From the IMG/VR virus record IMGVR_UViG_3300048881_000780: 64,000 nucleotides of DNA; one strand, given 5' to 3'. The DNA comes from a virus. Its lineage: Duplodnaviria > Caudoviricetes. Positions within the stretch are counted from its first letter, which is position 1. The number at the start of each line of letters is the position of its first letter. The translations under genes and the position numbers were made by a program. The notes under the pieces were generated by a model. That model made no database searches and was not told the DNA's origin. It saw only the letters and a list, made by a program, of their open reading frames with translations. Shown piece by piece: positions 1 to 10,918 of this stretch.

Positions 1-8
1 TTGATATT

Positions 9-800
9 ATGGATTTAGCAAATATTGAAGAATCTAATAATGTCTGCCATATGAAAATACCTTTAAAGAGAGCAAAGTTTATACAGAGCTCTCCCGGAAT
101 CGATTATATCTTAAATATATCAAGTAGATCATATATAGCTAAATCTGATTTAGCTTACGAAGACTACCCTGCTAGCTCAGTAGTAAAAGAAGGGTTAGAA
201 AGTAGTTTCGTTTTAGTTGTTGATCAATTTAACTGCAAAATTGAAGATATTAATAAACCTGGCTTTCCTATTACTCGTCGGTTTTTTACTGGAAATATAA
301 TTAAATATCTAAATCCTGATAATACTCCTCTTTGTAGTAAATTTGACTTTGGAAAAGCTATGATCCGCTATGGAGAATACGAGGGTTATATTGTAGATAC
401 CAATGGCTATAATGCTGAAGGTGATTATTATCAAGTACTCTTCTTGAATGACACTACAGAACGTATAAAAAGATCAAATTTGATTAGAGATGACTATCTT
501 TGCATAATGAATAGAAGTCGATGGATCAAAAGATTTAATTATCTACATGCCCCCAAAAATAATGAGAATGAAGGACCTGGAATCATTCTATATGGAGATC
601 GAGCTGGCGAAGTTGTTAAAGTGATAGATTCAGGATTCATAAAGAATAACAATATTCAAGAACCTGTGTATATAGTTGAGGACGAGGGAGATACTAACCT
701 CTTTTATCCTGCTAACTGGATACATATTTGTGATGAATTGAGTTTTTCGACTGAATCGGGCTTTTTCTCTAATGAGATTAATTATGAAAAGGATGATTAG
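9..800 (+). CDS. hypothetical protein
   Basis: 263-aa ORF, no recognisable motif. Confidence 0.6.
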   Translation: MDLANIEESNNVCHMKIPLKRAKFIQSSPGIDYILNISSRSYIAKSDLAYEDYPASSVVKEGLESSFVLVVDQFNCKIEDINKPGFPITRRFFTGNIIKYLNPDNTPLCSKFDFGKAMIRYGEYEGYIVDTNGYNAEGDYYQVLFLNDTTERIKRSNLIRDDYLCIMNRSRWIKRFNYLHAPKNNENEGPGIILYGDRAGEVVKVIDSGFIKNNNIQEPVYIVEDEGDTNLFYPANWIHICDELSFSTESGFFSNEINYEKDD

Positions 801-1134
801 GGGTATTTTACTATTTCTAATTTCAATTAATCTATATGCTATAGATTGGTCAATTGATATTGCCGTAAATAATAAGAGAGAAAAGAGGGTATCACTTAAA
901 GATCGAAAGATGTCATTTAAGATAAAGGGAATGCCCTGGAGTTGTGATATTAGCGAAACAACTAAAGAGCAAGAGAATTTGTATGAATTTAAAATACTAA
1001 AGTGTTCAAATGGAGATAGCTCATTCTTTATTGATTTGGTTTGTTTAAAAAAAGAAAACTTCGAAGATATGAGATCTGGCGCAATAAAGTATAAGAATCG
1101 CAAGGTTGTTATGGCCTTGCGATGTGAAAATTGA
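784..1134 (+). CDS. hypothetical secreted protein
   Basis: Signal-peptide-like MKRMIRGILLFLISINLYA; start placed at ATG 784. Confidence 0.6.
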   Translation: MKRMIRGILLFLISINLYAIDWSIDIAVNNKREKRVSLKDRKMSFKIKGMPWSCDISETTKEQENLYEFKILKCSNGDSSFFIDLVCLKKENFEDMRSGAIKYKNRKVVMALRCEN

Positions 1135-1135
1135 C

Positions 1136-1540
1136 CTATTGTAAAATTGTCACTGGGATTTCATCTTTAGGAGCATCGGCATCATAGGTTGCTTTACCAA
1201 ACCCGCTAGAAAACATTACTCGAAGATGGTCCACCTCTTCATTTGAAGTTAAAACTTCAATCCCTTCAATTGTTCCAGAACCCTCAATGAGAACTTCTTC
1301 AAATCTAATCTCCTCTCCCCCTAATTCTAAGATAACAACGTCCAGAGTCTTGAATTCGACCCCTTCATTTACTTTTAAGTTATCTAAGGTACCTTTAGGT
1401 GCGATAATTTCAATTTCAGAAATTAAAAGATTTACGTCAAATTTAAATACCTCGTTACTATTTTGACACTCAAAAACATCATTTGTTTTCGATTCATCAA
1501 GTTTATAAATGGTACTAATCTTTGCTTTACTTAAGTTCAT
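1136..1540 (-). CDS. hypothetical protein
   Basis: Likely start MNLSKAK after AAAGGA and TACGATAAG motif. Confidence 0.6.
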   Translation of the reverse strand: MNLSKAKISTIYKLDESKTNDVFECQNSNEVFKFDVNLLISEIEIIAPKGTLDNLKVNEGVEFKTLDVVILELGGEEIRFEEVLIEGSGTIEGIEVLTSNEEVDHLRVMFSSGFGKATYDADAPKDEIPVTILQ

Positions 1541-1670
1541 ATTAAATCCTTTATAACTCTTATCGTAACCAAAGCCCTTTAACTCTCTCATCGTCTTAAA
1601 TTAATTTATAATTTAACAAATAGCGTTATTTTTTAATTTAAAAGCCGATAAGATTAATGATGGAGGATAT

Positions 1671-2105
1671 ATGAAAGTTAAATTTTTTAATGTCATGAAT
1701 ACAGAGGTTATAAAAGAAGGTAAAGTTAGACGTGAGATACTAGAAAATATCTTCAAATTAGGTGATCACAACCTTCTAGAGGATGCAGCGGGCTCTATTG
1801 GTGAGACTCTCATTGTAATGGAAGAAGATAGAGATGAGCATATTAAAAATATCCTATCTAAAGCTAAACTTGATATCGACGTTGATTTTGAAGTTGAATT
1901 GAATATTACGAACTCTTTGGCATCATCTTTTGCGTGTGACTTAAACTATATTGAACTTAGAATTAGTGCTCCAATGGATGATTTAACTATTTACTGTGAT
2001 GAAAAGACAAATAAAGTGCTATTTGATTCAATTTACGATTACTGTAAGGAAATTGCTCTAAATTGTGATGATTTTGCGGATAAATACTCTGAAATGGCAT
2101 CTTAG
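1671..2105 (+). CDS. hypothetical protein
   Basis: GGAGG RBS, acidic 144-aa ORF. Confidence 0.7.
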   Translation: MKVKFFNVMNTEVIKEGKVRREILENIFKLGDHNLLEDAAGSIGETLIVMEEDRDEHIKNILSKAKLDIDVDFEVELNITNSLASSFACDLNYIELRISAPMDDLTIYCDEKTNKVLFDSIYDYCKEIALNCDDFADKYSEMAS

Positions 2106-2638
2106 GTGCCATTGCAGACTTTATTTGTCTCACTTAGCATATTTTTATGAATCTTTAAATTCCACTTCTTTTTAACTGCAATCCATTTTTTCATAAATTT
2201 ACAAGCATAAGACCTGTCTAGTGGTAGCCACTCCCTAGGTGTTCTATCACTTTTTGATCTATTTATTTTAAGGTGAGTAACTACTAGATTATCGGGATCA
2301 TTTGCAAATTGAACCCTTTTCTTCTTGCTCCAGCTCATAGCACCAGTAAGATAGGCTTCTTTTAGAGGTACTACGTGGTCGATATCGATTTTCTTAGCTA
2401 TGTAGATAGTCTTACCATCATAGAAGTCAACCCATTTACCAGTGTTAACCTTACAGCCCTTTTTCATCATTTTTACAGGTACTAGCGATTTGTCGATTAA
2501 TACTTCATGGCGCGTATTTTGACAGTCTTTATCAAAATCTTTCCAGTGACCAAAATGAGTGGATCTCTTGTACTTGGCCTCAACGTGAGTTATAGCAAAT
2601 AATGCTAATATAAGGAGTAATCTTACTAATATTTTCAT
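2102..2638 (-). CDS. secreted HNH endonuclease (DUF1524-like)
   Basis: Signal peptide; CQNTRHEVL, DIDHVVPL, FANDPDNL, NRSKSD, EWLP motifs. Confidence 0.85.
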   Translation of the reverse strand: MKILVRLLLILALFAITHVEAKYKRSTHFGHWKDFDKDCQNTRHEVLIDKSLVPVKMMKKGCKVNTGKWVDFYDGKTIYIAKKIDIDHVVPLKEAYLTGAMSWSKKKRVQFANDPDNLVVTHLKINRSKSDRTPREWLPLDRSYACKFMKKWIAVKKKWNLKIHKNMLSETNKVCNGT

Positions 2639-2678
2639 GAACTCGCCTTTGTTGAGTTAATAGTATAGCACCAATAAG

Positions 2679-2924
2679 TTAGATATCTGTAGATAGAATT
2701 GTTGAAATCGATATTCCCAGTGGCCTAGCTAGTGCCGCGGCCACTTCTTTAGTAATGGCAAGCTCACCCGTTTCGTATTTAGATATTAAAGTAGCCTCGA
2801 TTTGAGTTTTCATTTCTAGTGATTTGAGACTTAAATTAAGAGCTTCTCTTCTTGAGCGAATTATATCACCAGGGATTCTGTTGGGTATGAAGTCATTTAT
2901 CATCTCTTTCCAATTTTCACTCAT
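2679..2924 (-). CDS. XRE-family helix-turn-helix regulator
   Basis: IRSRREALNLSL...ISKYETGE...LARPLGI pattern. Confidence 0.85.
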   Translation of the reverse strand: MSENWKEMINDFIPNRIPGDIIRSRREALNLSLKSLEMKTQIEATLISKYETGELAITKEVAAALARPLGISISTILSTDI

Positions 2925-2939
2925 TTTAAAACCTTGGGA

Positions 2940-3182
2940 TTACTTAAAATCAACTTCCGTCATGTTAGCAACAGACTTCACTAATAGATATGCCTTCTCA
3001 TCGTCAAACTCATTAAAGGTTTGATCTCTCTTTTCTTTAGATTCGAAACAAGGAGAGACTCCACCAGAGAATCCTTCAAAGTAGGCAACCATATTGATTT
3101 TATACATACCGTCTTCCATTTCTTTAAAGAATAAGACTTCAACCTTATCTTCGCCGACAGTGAAAGTTTTAATATTTTTCAT
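2940..3182 (-). CDS. hypothetical protein
   Basis: 80-aa ORF with RBS. Confidence 0.6.
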   Translation of the reverse strand: MKNIKTFTVGEDKVEVLFFKEMEDGMYKINMVAYFEGFSGGVSPCFESKEKRDQTFNEFDDEKAYLLVKSVANMTEVDFK

Positions 3183-3359
3183 TTCTTCTTCCTTTATTTG
3201 TTTTAATAGGAATTGGCACTAATTGAGGTTTTTTAAATGATTTAATTAGAGAATCTACTCCATCTCGGACTTCTTTAATAAATTCTCTAATTTTATTCTT
3301 TAAGTTCTTCATATGTACCCACCTCAAGAATAACACACTTACCGCATCGTGTCAAAATA

Positions 3360-3689
3360 TTAAATAAACTCTCTCTCAGTTGCATTACTATCTTTAATAA
3401 AATCAGCAGTATCATTAATTAGATTAAATGCTCTTCTGACCCAATCTTTAGACCCTTGAATTCCTATATATGAAGCATAGGCCTCTTCATTTCTCTTTTG
3501 ACCGTTGTACATGGTGCCAGTAATGGGGTTAGAGCCTGTAACAAGGTAATTACCTTCCTCACCTTCAAAAATGAAACCACAGGCATCCTCATCTCTTCTG
3601 GGAGTATTTCCAAGCTCAAGAATAGAGAGAATCATTAGAAAATCCTCTTTACTTTTAAAATCAGTTAAATCAAATCCTGCTTCGTACAT
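3360..3689 (-). CDS. hypothetical protein
   Basis: 109-aa ORF with AAGGA RBS. Confidence 0.65.
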   Translation of the reverse strand: MYEAGFDLTDFKSKEDFLMILSILELGNTPRRDEDACGFIFEGEEGNYLVTGSNPITGTMYNGQKRNEEAYASYIGIQGSKDWVRRAFNLINDTADFIKDSNATEREFI

Positions 3690-3808
3690 ATTTAATCCTT
3701 TTTCTTAACACTATACGTTATTTTGTTAAAGTTTATCTATCTTTCTTCCGTTATTAGTTATAAGCTCTGTGGTTTAGGGACTTATCACTTTTTTCTACCT
3801 CGAGGGAA

Positions 3809-4246
3809 TTAGCTCTCGAGGTAGTTTTTAAAAAAGACCAGTTCTTCATAATTTCTATGATCAAGCTTGGCCTCATTAACTAGATCTGAAATAGATTCAT
3901 TGAATCTCTTCTTCATTTGAGTGAAATCTTGAGGACTTAAGATATTCTCATTCCCTCTAATGATAGATGCCATATCTTTACAGATGTCACAGTACATAGT
4001 TTTCCCGTAATCATGAGTTTGATCTATTATTTCAGATAGTTTTTCAGATTCATTTTCAAGTTTGTAGGATAAGTTTACTCGCTCTTTTCGGAGATCTACG
4101 AGCTCCTCAATTAGAAAGTGATTCCCAATCATTGGAGAACCTTTCTTTTTTAAAGTATTATCTACTCGTTGCTTTTCTTCATGTAGCTCTTTAGAAGTTT
4201 GAATATTCTCTGCCACTTTCTTAATTAGTGCTCGTAGTTTTTCCAC
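3809..4246 (-). CDS. hypothetical helical protein
   Basis: GTG start after GGAG; coiled-coil-like. Confidence 0.6.
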   Translation of the reverse strand: MEKLRALIKKVAENIQTSKELHEEKQRVDNTLKKKGSPMIGNHFLIEELVDLRKERVNLSYKLENESEKLSEIIDQTHDYGKTMYCDICKDMASIIRGNENILSPQDFTQMKKRFNESISDLVNEAKLDHRNYEELVFFKNYLES

Positions 4247-4255
4247 AGGACTCTC

Positions 4256-4687
4256 CTATTGAAATTTCTTTAAGTTATTACTCTTTTCAACGACTTCATT
4301 AAGTGGTTTTAGTGCGACGTAATCGTGACAAGCTTCTTCAACTTTAACTAGTCCTGACATTGCGTTTTGAAACTCTCTTTGATTCTTTCTAAGTTCATTA
4401 ATATTTGAAATATCAATTTCTTTAACCATAGCTCCATGTAAATCCTTCATTGCTTCCAAGTAGATTTGTCTAGGATCATTTGTTCCATTCTCAATGCTGG
4501 ACTCAAGACTAATTACAAATTCTGCGAAATCTCTAGCTAAATCCTTTTTTTCAGCAAGAAGTTGGCCTAGAGTTGAATGAGTTGCTCCAAGTTGCATTTT
4601 ATTTTTTCTCAGTGCGTAAACCTCGCTCATTTCATTCATTAAATCCACAACGTCGTTTAAAACTGCACACATTTTTTCAATATTCAT
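4256..4687 (-). CDS. hypothetical helical protein
   Basis: GGGAG RBS; co-oriented with 3809..4246. Confidence 0.65.
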   Translation of the reverse strand: MNIEKMCAVLNDVVDLMNEMSEVYALRKNKMQLGATHSTLGQLLAEKKDLARDFAEFVISLESSIENGTNDPRQIYLEAMKDLHGAMVKEIDISNINELRKNQREFQNAMSGLVKVEEACHDYVALKPLNEVVEKSNNLKKFQ

Positions 4688-4808
4688 AATATCTCCCTTT
4701 TTATCACTTATCGTAATCTTAACACAATGCGGTAAAATATAAACTAGTCCGAGTTTTCAAGGGGTTATATTGTAATGAGATTAAAAAAATGCCTAAAAGA
4801 CAAGGCAA

Positions 4809-5489
4809 TTAATGATTTTCAATGATATTAAAAATATCTTCTTTGCCTATATATGGCATTATTCCAATTTTTGAAATATCGTGCTTTAGATAGTCATCCA
4901 ATAATTCTTTATCTCGAGATGTTGCAGACTCTAGTAGGTAGATATTCTTATCTCTTTCTGAGTCTTCTTGAGCTAATTCATCTACTCTTTGAAAAACTTT
5001 TGTTTTAATACTCAAATAATCTTTTAAAAGTTCTGATAAATTAGCTAATCGTTTAGCAGTTTTCTCGCCACTAAAGCATATTTGATCGAGAGATATATAA
5101 GAAGACCTGGAGAGCTTATCTAGTCCAATAGAATATAGAGTATGCGCAGGAAGTGAGATTCTGTGAGTAAATTTTAAAGTCTTAGTGCCATTTGATGATC
5201 TCTTCGAGAAATCTTTAGTTTGTGATACAAAGGGCCAACTCTGTGTCGGAGATAGACCTAATTTCATCCTCAAGGCCAGAGAGTAACAATCTATAATACA
5301 ACTCATTCTATCATCTTCATATTTTTTTGAGGACTTTGCCTTTTTAAAAATATCTGCATTTAAATTAACTTTTATGTTTAATACCCAGTCTAGAGGAGTT
5401 GCACAGTAAGCACTATCTGGACTCAAGGAACCAGAAAGAGTTAAGTCATCAGTGCTAATAGAGAAGTCTTTACTACCAAAAGTCATCAT
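4809..5489 (-). CDS. hypothetical protein
   Basis: 226-aa ORF with RBS. Confidence 0.65.
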   Translation of the reverse strand: MMTFGSKDFSISTDDLTLSGSLSPDSAYCATPLDWVLNIKVNLNADIFKKAKSSKKYEDDRMSCIIDCYSLALRMKLGLSPTQSWPFVSQTKDFSKRSSNGTKTLKFTHRISLPAHTLYSIGLDKLSRSSYISLDQICFSGEKTAKRLANLSELLKDYLSIKTKVFQRVDELAQEDSERDKNIYLLESATSRDKELLDDYLKHDISKIGIMPYIGKEDIFNIIENH

Positions 5490-5578
5490 ATAATCATCCT
5501 TTAATTACTTATCGTTAAAACTTTACAAATATTTACAAAGTAAACACAAAGCGTTAAAATATATCTAAGGAGATTTCA

Positions 5579-5785
5579 ATGAAAAAACACTTTGTCGTTT
5601 CAGACAGAAAGAATGGAAAGAGGATGTTTATTACTCCAAAAGGTCGAAGATCTCTCGATATAAAGAAGGCGCGTACCTTTAACAGTAGAGATGAGTGTCA
5701 CATTATAAGTAGTGAATTGAAGCTAAAATTGGTCAAAGTTCAATGTGTTGACAAGGATTTTAGGCCACTCGATATGAATTCATAA
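5579..5785 (+). CDS. small basic hypothetical protein
   Basis: AAGGAG RBS. Confidence 0.6.
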   Translation: MKKHFVVSDRKNGKRMFITPKGRRSLDIKKARTFNSRDECHIISSELKLKLVKVQCVDKDFRPLDMNS

Positions 5786-5998
5786 ATTTTATAAATAAAA
5801 TAAATTAACAGAGATAGTTAAGAATTAAATAAAATCAATTAAGAAATATAAAGATTTCTTTAGTTAAGACGCCAAGCTTAATAATTTTTATTTCCAGACT
5901 TGGGTCATACCCATCGCCCAAATCGCTATTTATCACTAATCTATACAATATTTAGACATTTCTTTGCATTTTAATAATTTCTCTCTTAAAGTTATCTT

Positions 5999-6664
5999 AT
6001 GGAGAGAATTTTATTTATTGATGATAACCAAGATGATCTAGATTATTACTATGATTTTCTTTGCGATCACTACTTAGTTGACCTTGAGAGAGAAGCTGCC
6101 TGCTTTGAGGACTACCTAAGGGAAAATATTTATCAGGCCATAATTATTGATGTTCACAATGGAATAATGAGTGGTTTTGAAGTGAGAGAAGATATTCTCT
6201 CTTCTAATTATTATAACGACTGCCCCATTATATTTAAAACATCTTATGATAGTGACGAGAATATTGAAAAGGGTCTGAGCTCTAATTGTGAATATATCAC
6301 ACCAGAAATGAAACCAGATCAAATTAGATTAAGAATAAAAAATCAAATTGATTCCCATCCTGTTAAATACTTTGGTGGGCTTAGATTTGATGTTCTAAGA
6401 AATGAGTTTAATTTCACAAAGAAAGAAATGAAGTTAACTCCCACCGAATTTAATATTATTAGACTTCTTTTTATGAATAGCTTTTCAATCTCTAAGGAAC
6501 TTCTTATTGAATCGATTTGGCCCAATGATAAAAATATAACTGAAGACCGAGTTCACACTCACGTCTCAAACACTAGAAATAAAATTGATAAATTCAATAT
6601 TCAAATAAAGTCCAATAAAGAAGAGGGGTATTATCTTGAACTTATTCAAGACGGGAAAAACTGA
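5999..6664 (+). CDS. OmpR-family response regulator
   Basis: REC domain (FIDD, IIID) plus winged helix (LTPTEF, VHTHVSNTRNKI, GYYL). Confidence 0.9.
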   Translation: MERILFIDDNQDDLDYYYDFLCDHYLVDLEREAACFEDYLRENIYQAIIIDVHNGIMSGFEVREDILSSNYYNDCPIIFKTSYDSDENIEKGLSSNCEYITPEMKPDQIRLRIKNQIDSHPVKYFGGLRFDVLRNEFNFTKKEMKLTPTEFNIIRLLFMNSFSISKELLIESIWPNDKNITEDRVHTHVSNTRNKIDKFNIQIKSNKEEGYYLELIQDGKN

Positions 6665-7802
6665 TTACGAGAAAATGGTTCAATTAGTCCAGATTAACGG
6701 ATTAATGATCTTACTTACTATCTTCTTAGACTATTACAAACTCCAGGTTGTTAATAATTTATTTCACCATGTATTAATTAAACTGGCATTTATATCACTC
6801 CCTTTTATAGCTCTGCAATTTTATAGATTTGAAAAGATTAAAGACTGGGTTCCTCTTCTTTTATATATTTGTGTATTCAGTTATTCGTCTTTCTTTGTTT
6901 TAAATTATCACTTCTCTTATTATATGGCATTTCTTCACTATCTAATTGTTACGCCAATTTTTATCAATATAAAGAAGAAGCCGTTTTTATATGCAAATGT
7001 GATAGCTTTGATTATCGTCGTGGTTACAAGTATTAATATTCCAAATGTAGATATAACTGGTCGAGAGATATCAGCAGAAATTATAAATAGCTATGCTCTC
7101 TTATTCTTTGTTGTCGTTATTTGGTACATGGGTGTACTAACTCAGAGACAAAAAGAAGAAGATAATAATAAAGTGTTTTCCGAGCTAGGAAAGGTGTCAT
7201 CATTTCTTTTACATGAGTTAAGTAGCCCTGTTTCGAGATTGGCCAATAAAGCATCAAATAGTGAAGAACACTCCCGTGAGATCGATCAAATTAAAAACCT
7301 TCTTCAACTAACTAAAGCAATTTCACAAAAACGATCGGAAATTAAAAAAGATGAATTTAAACTATCCACTCTTTCTAACTACTATATCGATGAATACTCT
7401 AGGACAATTGATAGACTTGATATAGAGGTGGATGTCGAAGAGAGGAATCGAGTAGTTAATTCTAACGCTACTTTTGTTGATATCATTGTTAAAAATATTA
7501 TTAAAAATGCAATTGAACATTTAAAGACATTAGAAAGTAATAATAAAAAAATTGTTATTAGAGAAATTAGTGACGAAAAGAAAGAAGTCTTACGTATTTC
7601 CAATACAGCTGAGAAAAAATCTAAGAAAGAAATAAATGAAATGTTCAGTCCACTCTATTCAACCAAGAAAACAAAGTATGGGTCTAATCAAGGAATAGGC
7701 CTTTTTATATCTAAGAGAATGGCCGAGGGATTGGGGATTAATATCAATTGTTTTTGTAAAGATGATCTCATTCATTTTGATGTAGAATTTCCACTAAGCT
7801 AG
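6636..7802 (+). CDS. membrane sensor histidine kinase
   Basis: Several TM segments, H-box LLHELSSP, N-box KNAI, G-box GIGLFIS. Confidence 0.88.
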   Translation: MNLFKTGKTDYEKMVQLVQINGLMILLTIFLDYYKLQVVNNLFHHVLIKLAFISLPFIALQFYRFEKIKDWVPLLLYICVFSYSSFFVLNYHFSYYMAFLHYLIVTPIFINIKKKPFLYANVIALIIVVVTSINIPNVDITGREISAEIINSYALLFFVVVIWYMGVLTQRQKEEDNNKVFSELGKVSSFLLHELSSPVSRLANKASNSEEHSREIDQIKNLLQLTKAISQKRSEIKKDEFKLSTLSNYYIDEYSRTIDRLDIEVDVEERNRVVNSNATFVDIIVKNIIKNAIEHLKTLESNNKKIVIREISDEKKEVLRISNTAEKKSKKEINEMFSPLYSTKKTKYGSNQGIGLFISKRMAEGLGININCFCKDDLIHFDVEFPLS

Positions 7803-7845
7803 ACTCCATAAAACTTATAATATGAGTACTAATGGTGGTATTTAT

Positions 7846-8313
7846 ATGAAATATTTTGCGGGAATAGGCAGTAGAAAAACTCCTAATCATATTCTAGAGA
7901 TTATGGAGCAGATATCTGAAAAATTTACAAGTAAAGAATATACCCTTCGCTCTGGAGGGGCCTTGGGTGCGGATCAAGCATTTGAAAGAGGATCGTCTCT
8001 TAAGGAAATATTTTTAGCTAAAGACGCTACTCAAGAGTCAATTGATCTAGCTCTAGAGTATCATCCAAACCCTGGGGCCCTTAGAAATATGGGGAAATAT
8101 GCTGTTGGCCTGGCCGGTAGAAATATGCAAATAGTTTTAGGTCTAAACCTTGATAAACCTGTGGAGTTTATAATTTGTTACACAAAAGATGGTGAATTAA
8201 CAGGAGGAACTGCTCATGCTATCAGACTGTGTCTTGATAGGGGTATTCCAGTTTTTAATCTTGGAATACCTGGAGAGCTTGAAAAGTTAAGACTACTCTA
8301 TTTAAACTTATAG
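7846..8313 (+). CDS. SLOG/DprA-like nucleotide-binding protein
   Basis: FAGIGSRKTP, LRSGGALGAD, GGTAHAI, IPVFNL motifs. Confidence 0.75.
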   Translation: MKYFAGIGSRKTPNHILEIMEQISEKFTSKEYTLRSGGALGADQAFERGSSLKEIFLAKDATQESIDLALEYHPNPGALRNMGKYAVGLAGRNMQIVLGLNLDKPVEFIICYTKDGELTGGTAHAIRLCLDRGIPVFNLGIPGELEKLRLLYLNL

Positions 8314-8532
8314 AATTTCTAATGATTGCAACCAAAGATTATTCTTCTTTTTTAATTTTGGATACCTAGTTTGAAAAGTCTTTTTATTTCTTTTAATCAA
8401 TTCTCTTTTTATTAGCAGAATAGACTCCTCTGTTTTTTCTTTAAACTCCAGAGAGTCTCCATTTTTTGCTTTAATTAAAAAATCTAAGAGTATCTTTAAT
8501 TCATATGTTGTCATCTTTAATAATTCTTTCAT
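8308..8532 (-). CDS. hypothetical protein with C-terminal NxW tag
   Basis: Ends NLWLQSLEIL*. Confidence 0.6.
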   Translation of the reverse strand: MKELLKMTTYELKILLDFLIKAKNGDSLEFKEKTEESILLIKRELIKRNKKTFQTRYPKLKKKNNLWLQSLEIL

Positions 8533-8582
8533 TAGCTACATTTTAATTGATTTTACGATAAGTTATAGTAGGAGTAATAAAA

Positions 8583-9119
8583 ATGAACTTATCAAAGAGG
8601 ATTTTTAAAATACTGAACGAAATTAGAGACTTTTCAAAAAATGAACGTATGGATAATTTTGTCGAAATCGAAGGATTGAATCCATTAGATATTATTGGTA
8701 ATTATTTTGAAAATTTAATGGATGAGTTTGAGTATCTTAGTTTGGATGCTTATAATCAGACCTCTTTTGATAAATTTTTAAATGAGCTATCTAAACATGA
8801 CGATGTGGAGAGTTTGATATTTTTAAAAGAAGAAGAAATAATTAGAAGAATACTTATCCCTCAAATAGACTCTAATGAAATACATGTAGATTCACACCAA
8901 GCTGTTCTCGATTTGTATGAAAACTCTATACGATTAAATTTGGCATTTAATGAACTTCTAACCAGTGGGGTCCATAGTGATTCTCTAGAGGAGCAATTAC
9001 TCTCAAAGATAGTTGGGCTTATATCTGACGGTTACGATTTTCTTGATGCTATAAATGAAGTAGAGGGACAAACTGGAATATCATCTCATATTTTAAAAGA
9101 AATCTATGATAATAATTAA
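8583..9119 (+). CDS. hypothetical acidic protein
   Basis: AGGAG RBS. Confidence 0.65.
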   Translation: MNLSKRIFKILNEIRDFSKNERMDNFVEIEGLNPLDIIGNYFENLMDEFEYLSLDAYNQTSFDKFLNELSKHDDVESLIFLKEEEIIRRILIPQIDSNEIHVDSHQAVLDLYENSIRLNLAFNELLTSGVHSDSLEEQLLSKIVGLISDGYDFLDAINEVEGQTGISSHILKEIYDNN

Positions 9120-9329
9120 ATTTATATCGATAGAGTTGAGGTAAGCAATAAAATAGAAGATCCTATAAAGAACATCACCTTATGCGCCATCATTAAATCA
9201 GGCAGACCGCTATCCATCATTTTAAATATAAATAATGAAAATGATAAAAAAGTAGAAAACAATAGTAACCTAATTAGATTATTCATATTTCTATTTTAAC
9301 AGAGAAGTCAGTGCTGGAGAGGTATTCTA

Positions 9330-9614
9330 TCAATTATAGAAATCGCTTTTAGTAAAGCTGGTGCCAAAGGCCTCATTTATAATATCTAACATTTCATTAG
9401 ATGACCTTGGATATACTTTCCAATTGGCCGTTTCAATAAGATTTTTGACATCTATATCTAATATCTCTGTTTCACCTGTAGATATGTCTGATCTAAATCT
9501 AATACCTTCAAATAATTCCCAGTATGGACGATCATTGATAATAGTAATAATTTGACCTTCATCTTCCAGAATTAAGAATTCACGATCTTTGTATTTAAAA
9601 TAATTCATTATCAC
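9330..9614 (-). CDS. hypothetical protein
   Basis: GAGG RBS. Confidence 0.6.
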   Translation of the reverse strand: MIMNYFKYKDREFLILEDEGQIITIINDRPYWELFEGIRFRSDISTGETEILDIDVKNLIETANWKVYPRSSNEMLDIINEAFGTSFTKSDFYN

Positions 9615-9635
9615 CTCTGTATAGATAACTTATCG

Positions 9636-10211
9636 TTAACTTGAGGCAAATGGTGTTAGAGACAGCTCTGATTGAGGCTGGAGAATGAGAACTTCCCTAT
9701 CTTCTTGTATTTGCTTGGCCCAAGTGGCATCAATATACTTAAAGAAGTTCATTTTACTTAAAATTAAAACCGAGTGAATAATATCATCAAAGTGAAATTC
9801 TTCTTTATTTCTGTCTAAAGTAATTAGATACCCATTAGGATTTTGCATCTGCATGGTTAAAGGTAGCGAAATTTCACTATTAGGATTTGCGTATTTTTTT
9901 GCGATATCTAAATCTTCACTGAATGATATTAAATTATAGTTTTTAAAAGGTGCCAAAGTCTTCTTTTCTTCAGCAAAGATAACTCCTCTATGAATTAGCT
10001 TTGGCATATTTAAGTCCATTTTTATTTGATCAAGTTCTGCCATTAGATTAAATTGATGCTTATTAAAGAACTCCTGTATGTAAGGGTCAAACCCCAGTAA
10101 GACATAGTGAATGAAAAATAGAAGCTCTTCTGAGTGTCGAGAACCCTCTTTAGCTAGGTACCTAGATACAAACTCCTGTGATTTAAATTTAATTATTTCA
10201 TGTAGCACCAT
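9636..10211 (-). CDS. putative R-S-E type ADP-ribosyltransferase-fold protein
   Basis: IHRGV, ISFSEDLDIAKKYA and EDREVLI in ART-like order. Confidence 0.5.
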   Translation of the reverse strand: MVLHEIIKFKSQEFVSRYLAKEGSRHSEELLFFIHYVLLGFDPYIQEFFNKHQFNLMAELDQIKMDLNMPKLIHRGVIFAEEKKTLAPFKNYNLISFSEDLDIAKKYANPNSEISLPLTMQMQNPNGYLITLDRNKEEFHFDDIIHSVLILSKMNFFKYIDATWAKQIQEDREVLILQPQSELSLTPFASS

Positions 10212-10357
10212 GGTAACCTCTAGTATCTCTTATAGTACAAAATAAATTATATAGACAAGTTTAATTGTAACCTTTTTATATTGTCAGTATTTTGTCTATC
10301 TAGAGAATAACACCTTATGTCAAATTTTCAAGAAATATTAACATTTCATGTTACAAA

Positions 10358-10918
10358 TCAGGAAGTTTTTCGAAACTTAGATAATGATTTTCGGCTTTCC
10401 CATATTTTTAAATATTCATAACTTTCAGATTCTTCGTTATATCTAATCCATGACTTATTTAAAAAGGTAACGATAATATTGTGAAGATGAGAATATATCA
10501 GATAGTAATTAGTACTTTCTACAGTTACCATTTGAACAGAGCGACTTTTAGATAGTTTTACCAGGTATTTAGATTTCTTTGTTTTAATAGAGTCAACAAT
10601 CTTTCTATTTAAAGAGGGGGTTAGCAGTACTCCATGCCTCTCCATTAATCTCTCTTTGGCGTGCTTGGTTATTTTATAATCAAAAATAGAGTTCTCTAGA
10701 TTCGGTAAGAATTTGATAACCATTTTTGACTTTTTAGAATATACCAATTTAAATGTGTCGTTTTGAATTACTACTTCATAGATACATCTAGTTTTACTTG
10801 CTCTTTGTATCATCTTGGCCTTATTTTCTTGAATGGTTTTAATCATCTCTTGGTGAAGATCAGTAGTTAACTGATCATCGTAAAATTCTAGAAATGTATT
10901 TATGGCCAAAGTTTTCAT
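10358..10918 (-). CDS. hypothetical protein with internal duplication (possible RelE/DUF4258-like fold)
   Basis: Two similar halves (SKTRCIYEV..LVYSK and SKSRSVQMV..LIYSH); ITKHAKERL motif. Confidence 0.5.
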   Translation of the reverse strand: MKTLAINTFLEFYDDQLTTDLHQEMIKTIQENKAKMIQRASKTRCIYEVVIQNDTFKLVYSKKSKMVIKFLPNLENSIFDYKITKHAKERLMERHGVLLTPSLNRKIVDSIKTKKSKYLVKLSKSRSVQMVTVESTNYYLIYSHLHNIIVTFLNKSWIRYNEESESYEYLKIWESRKSLSKFRKTS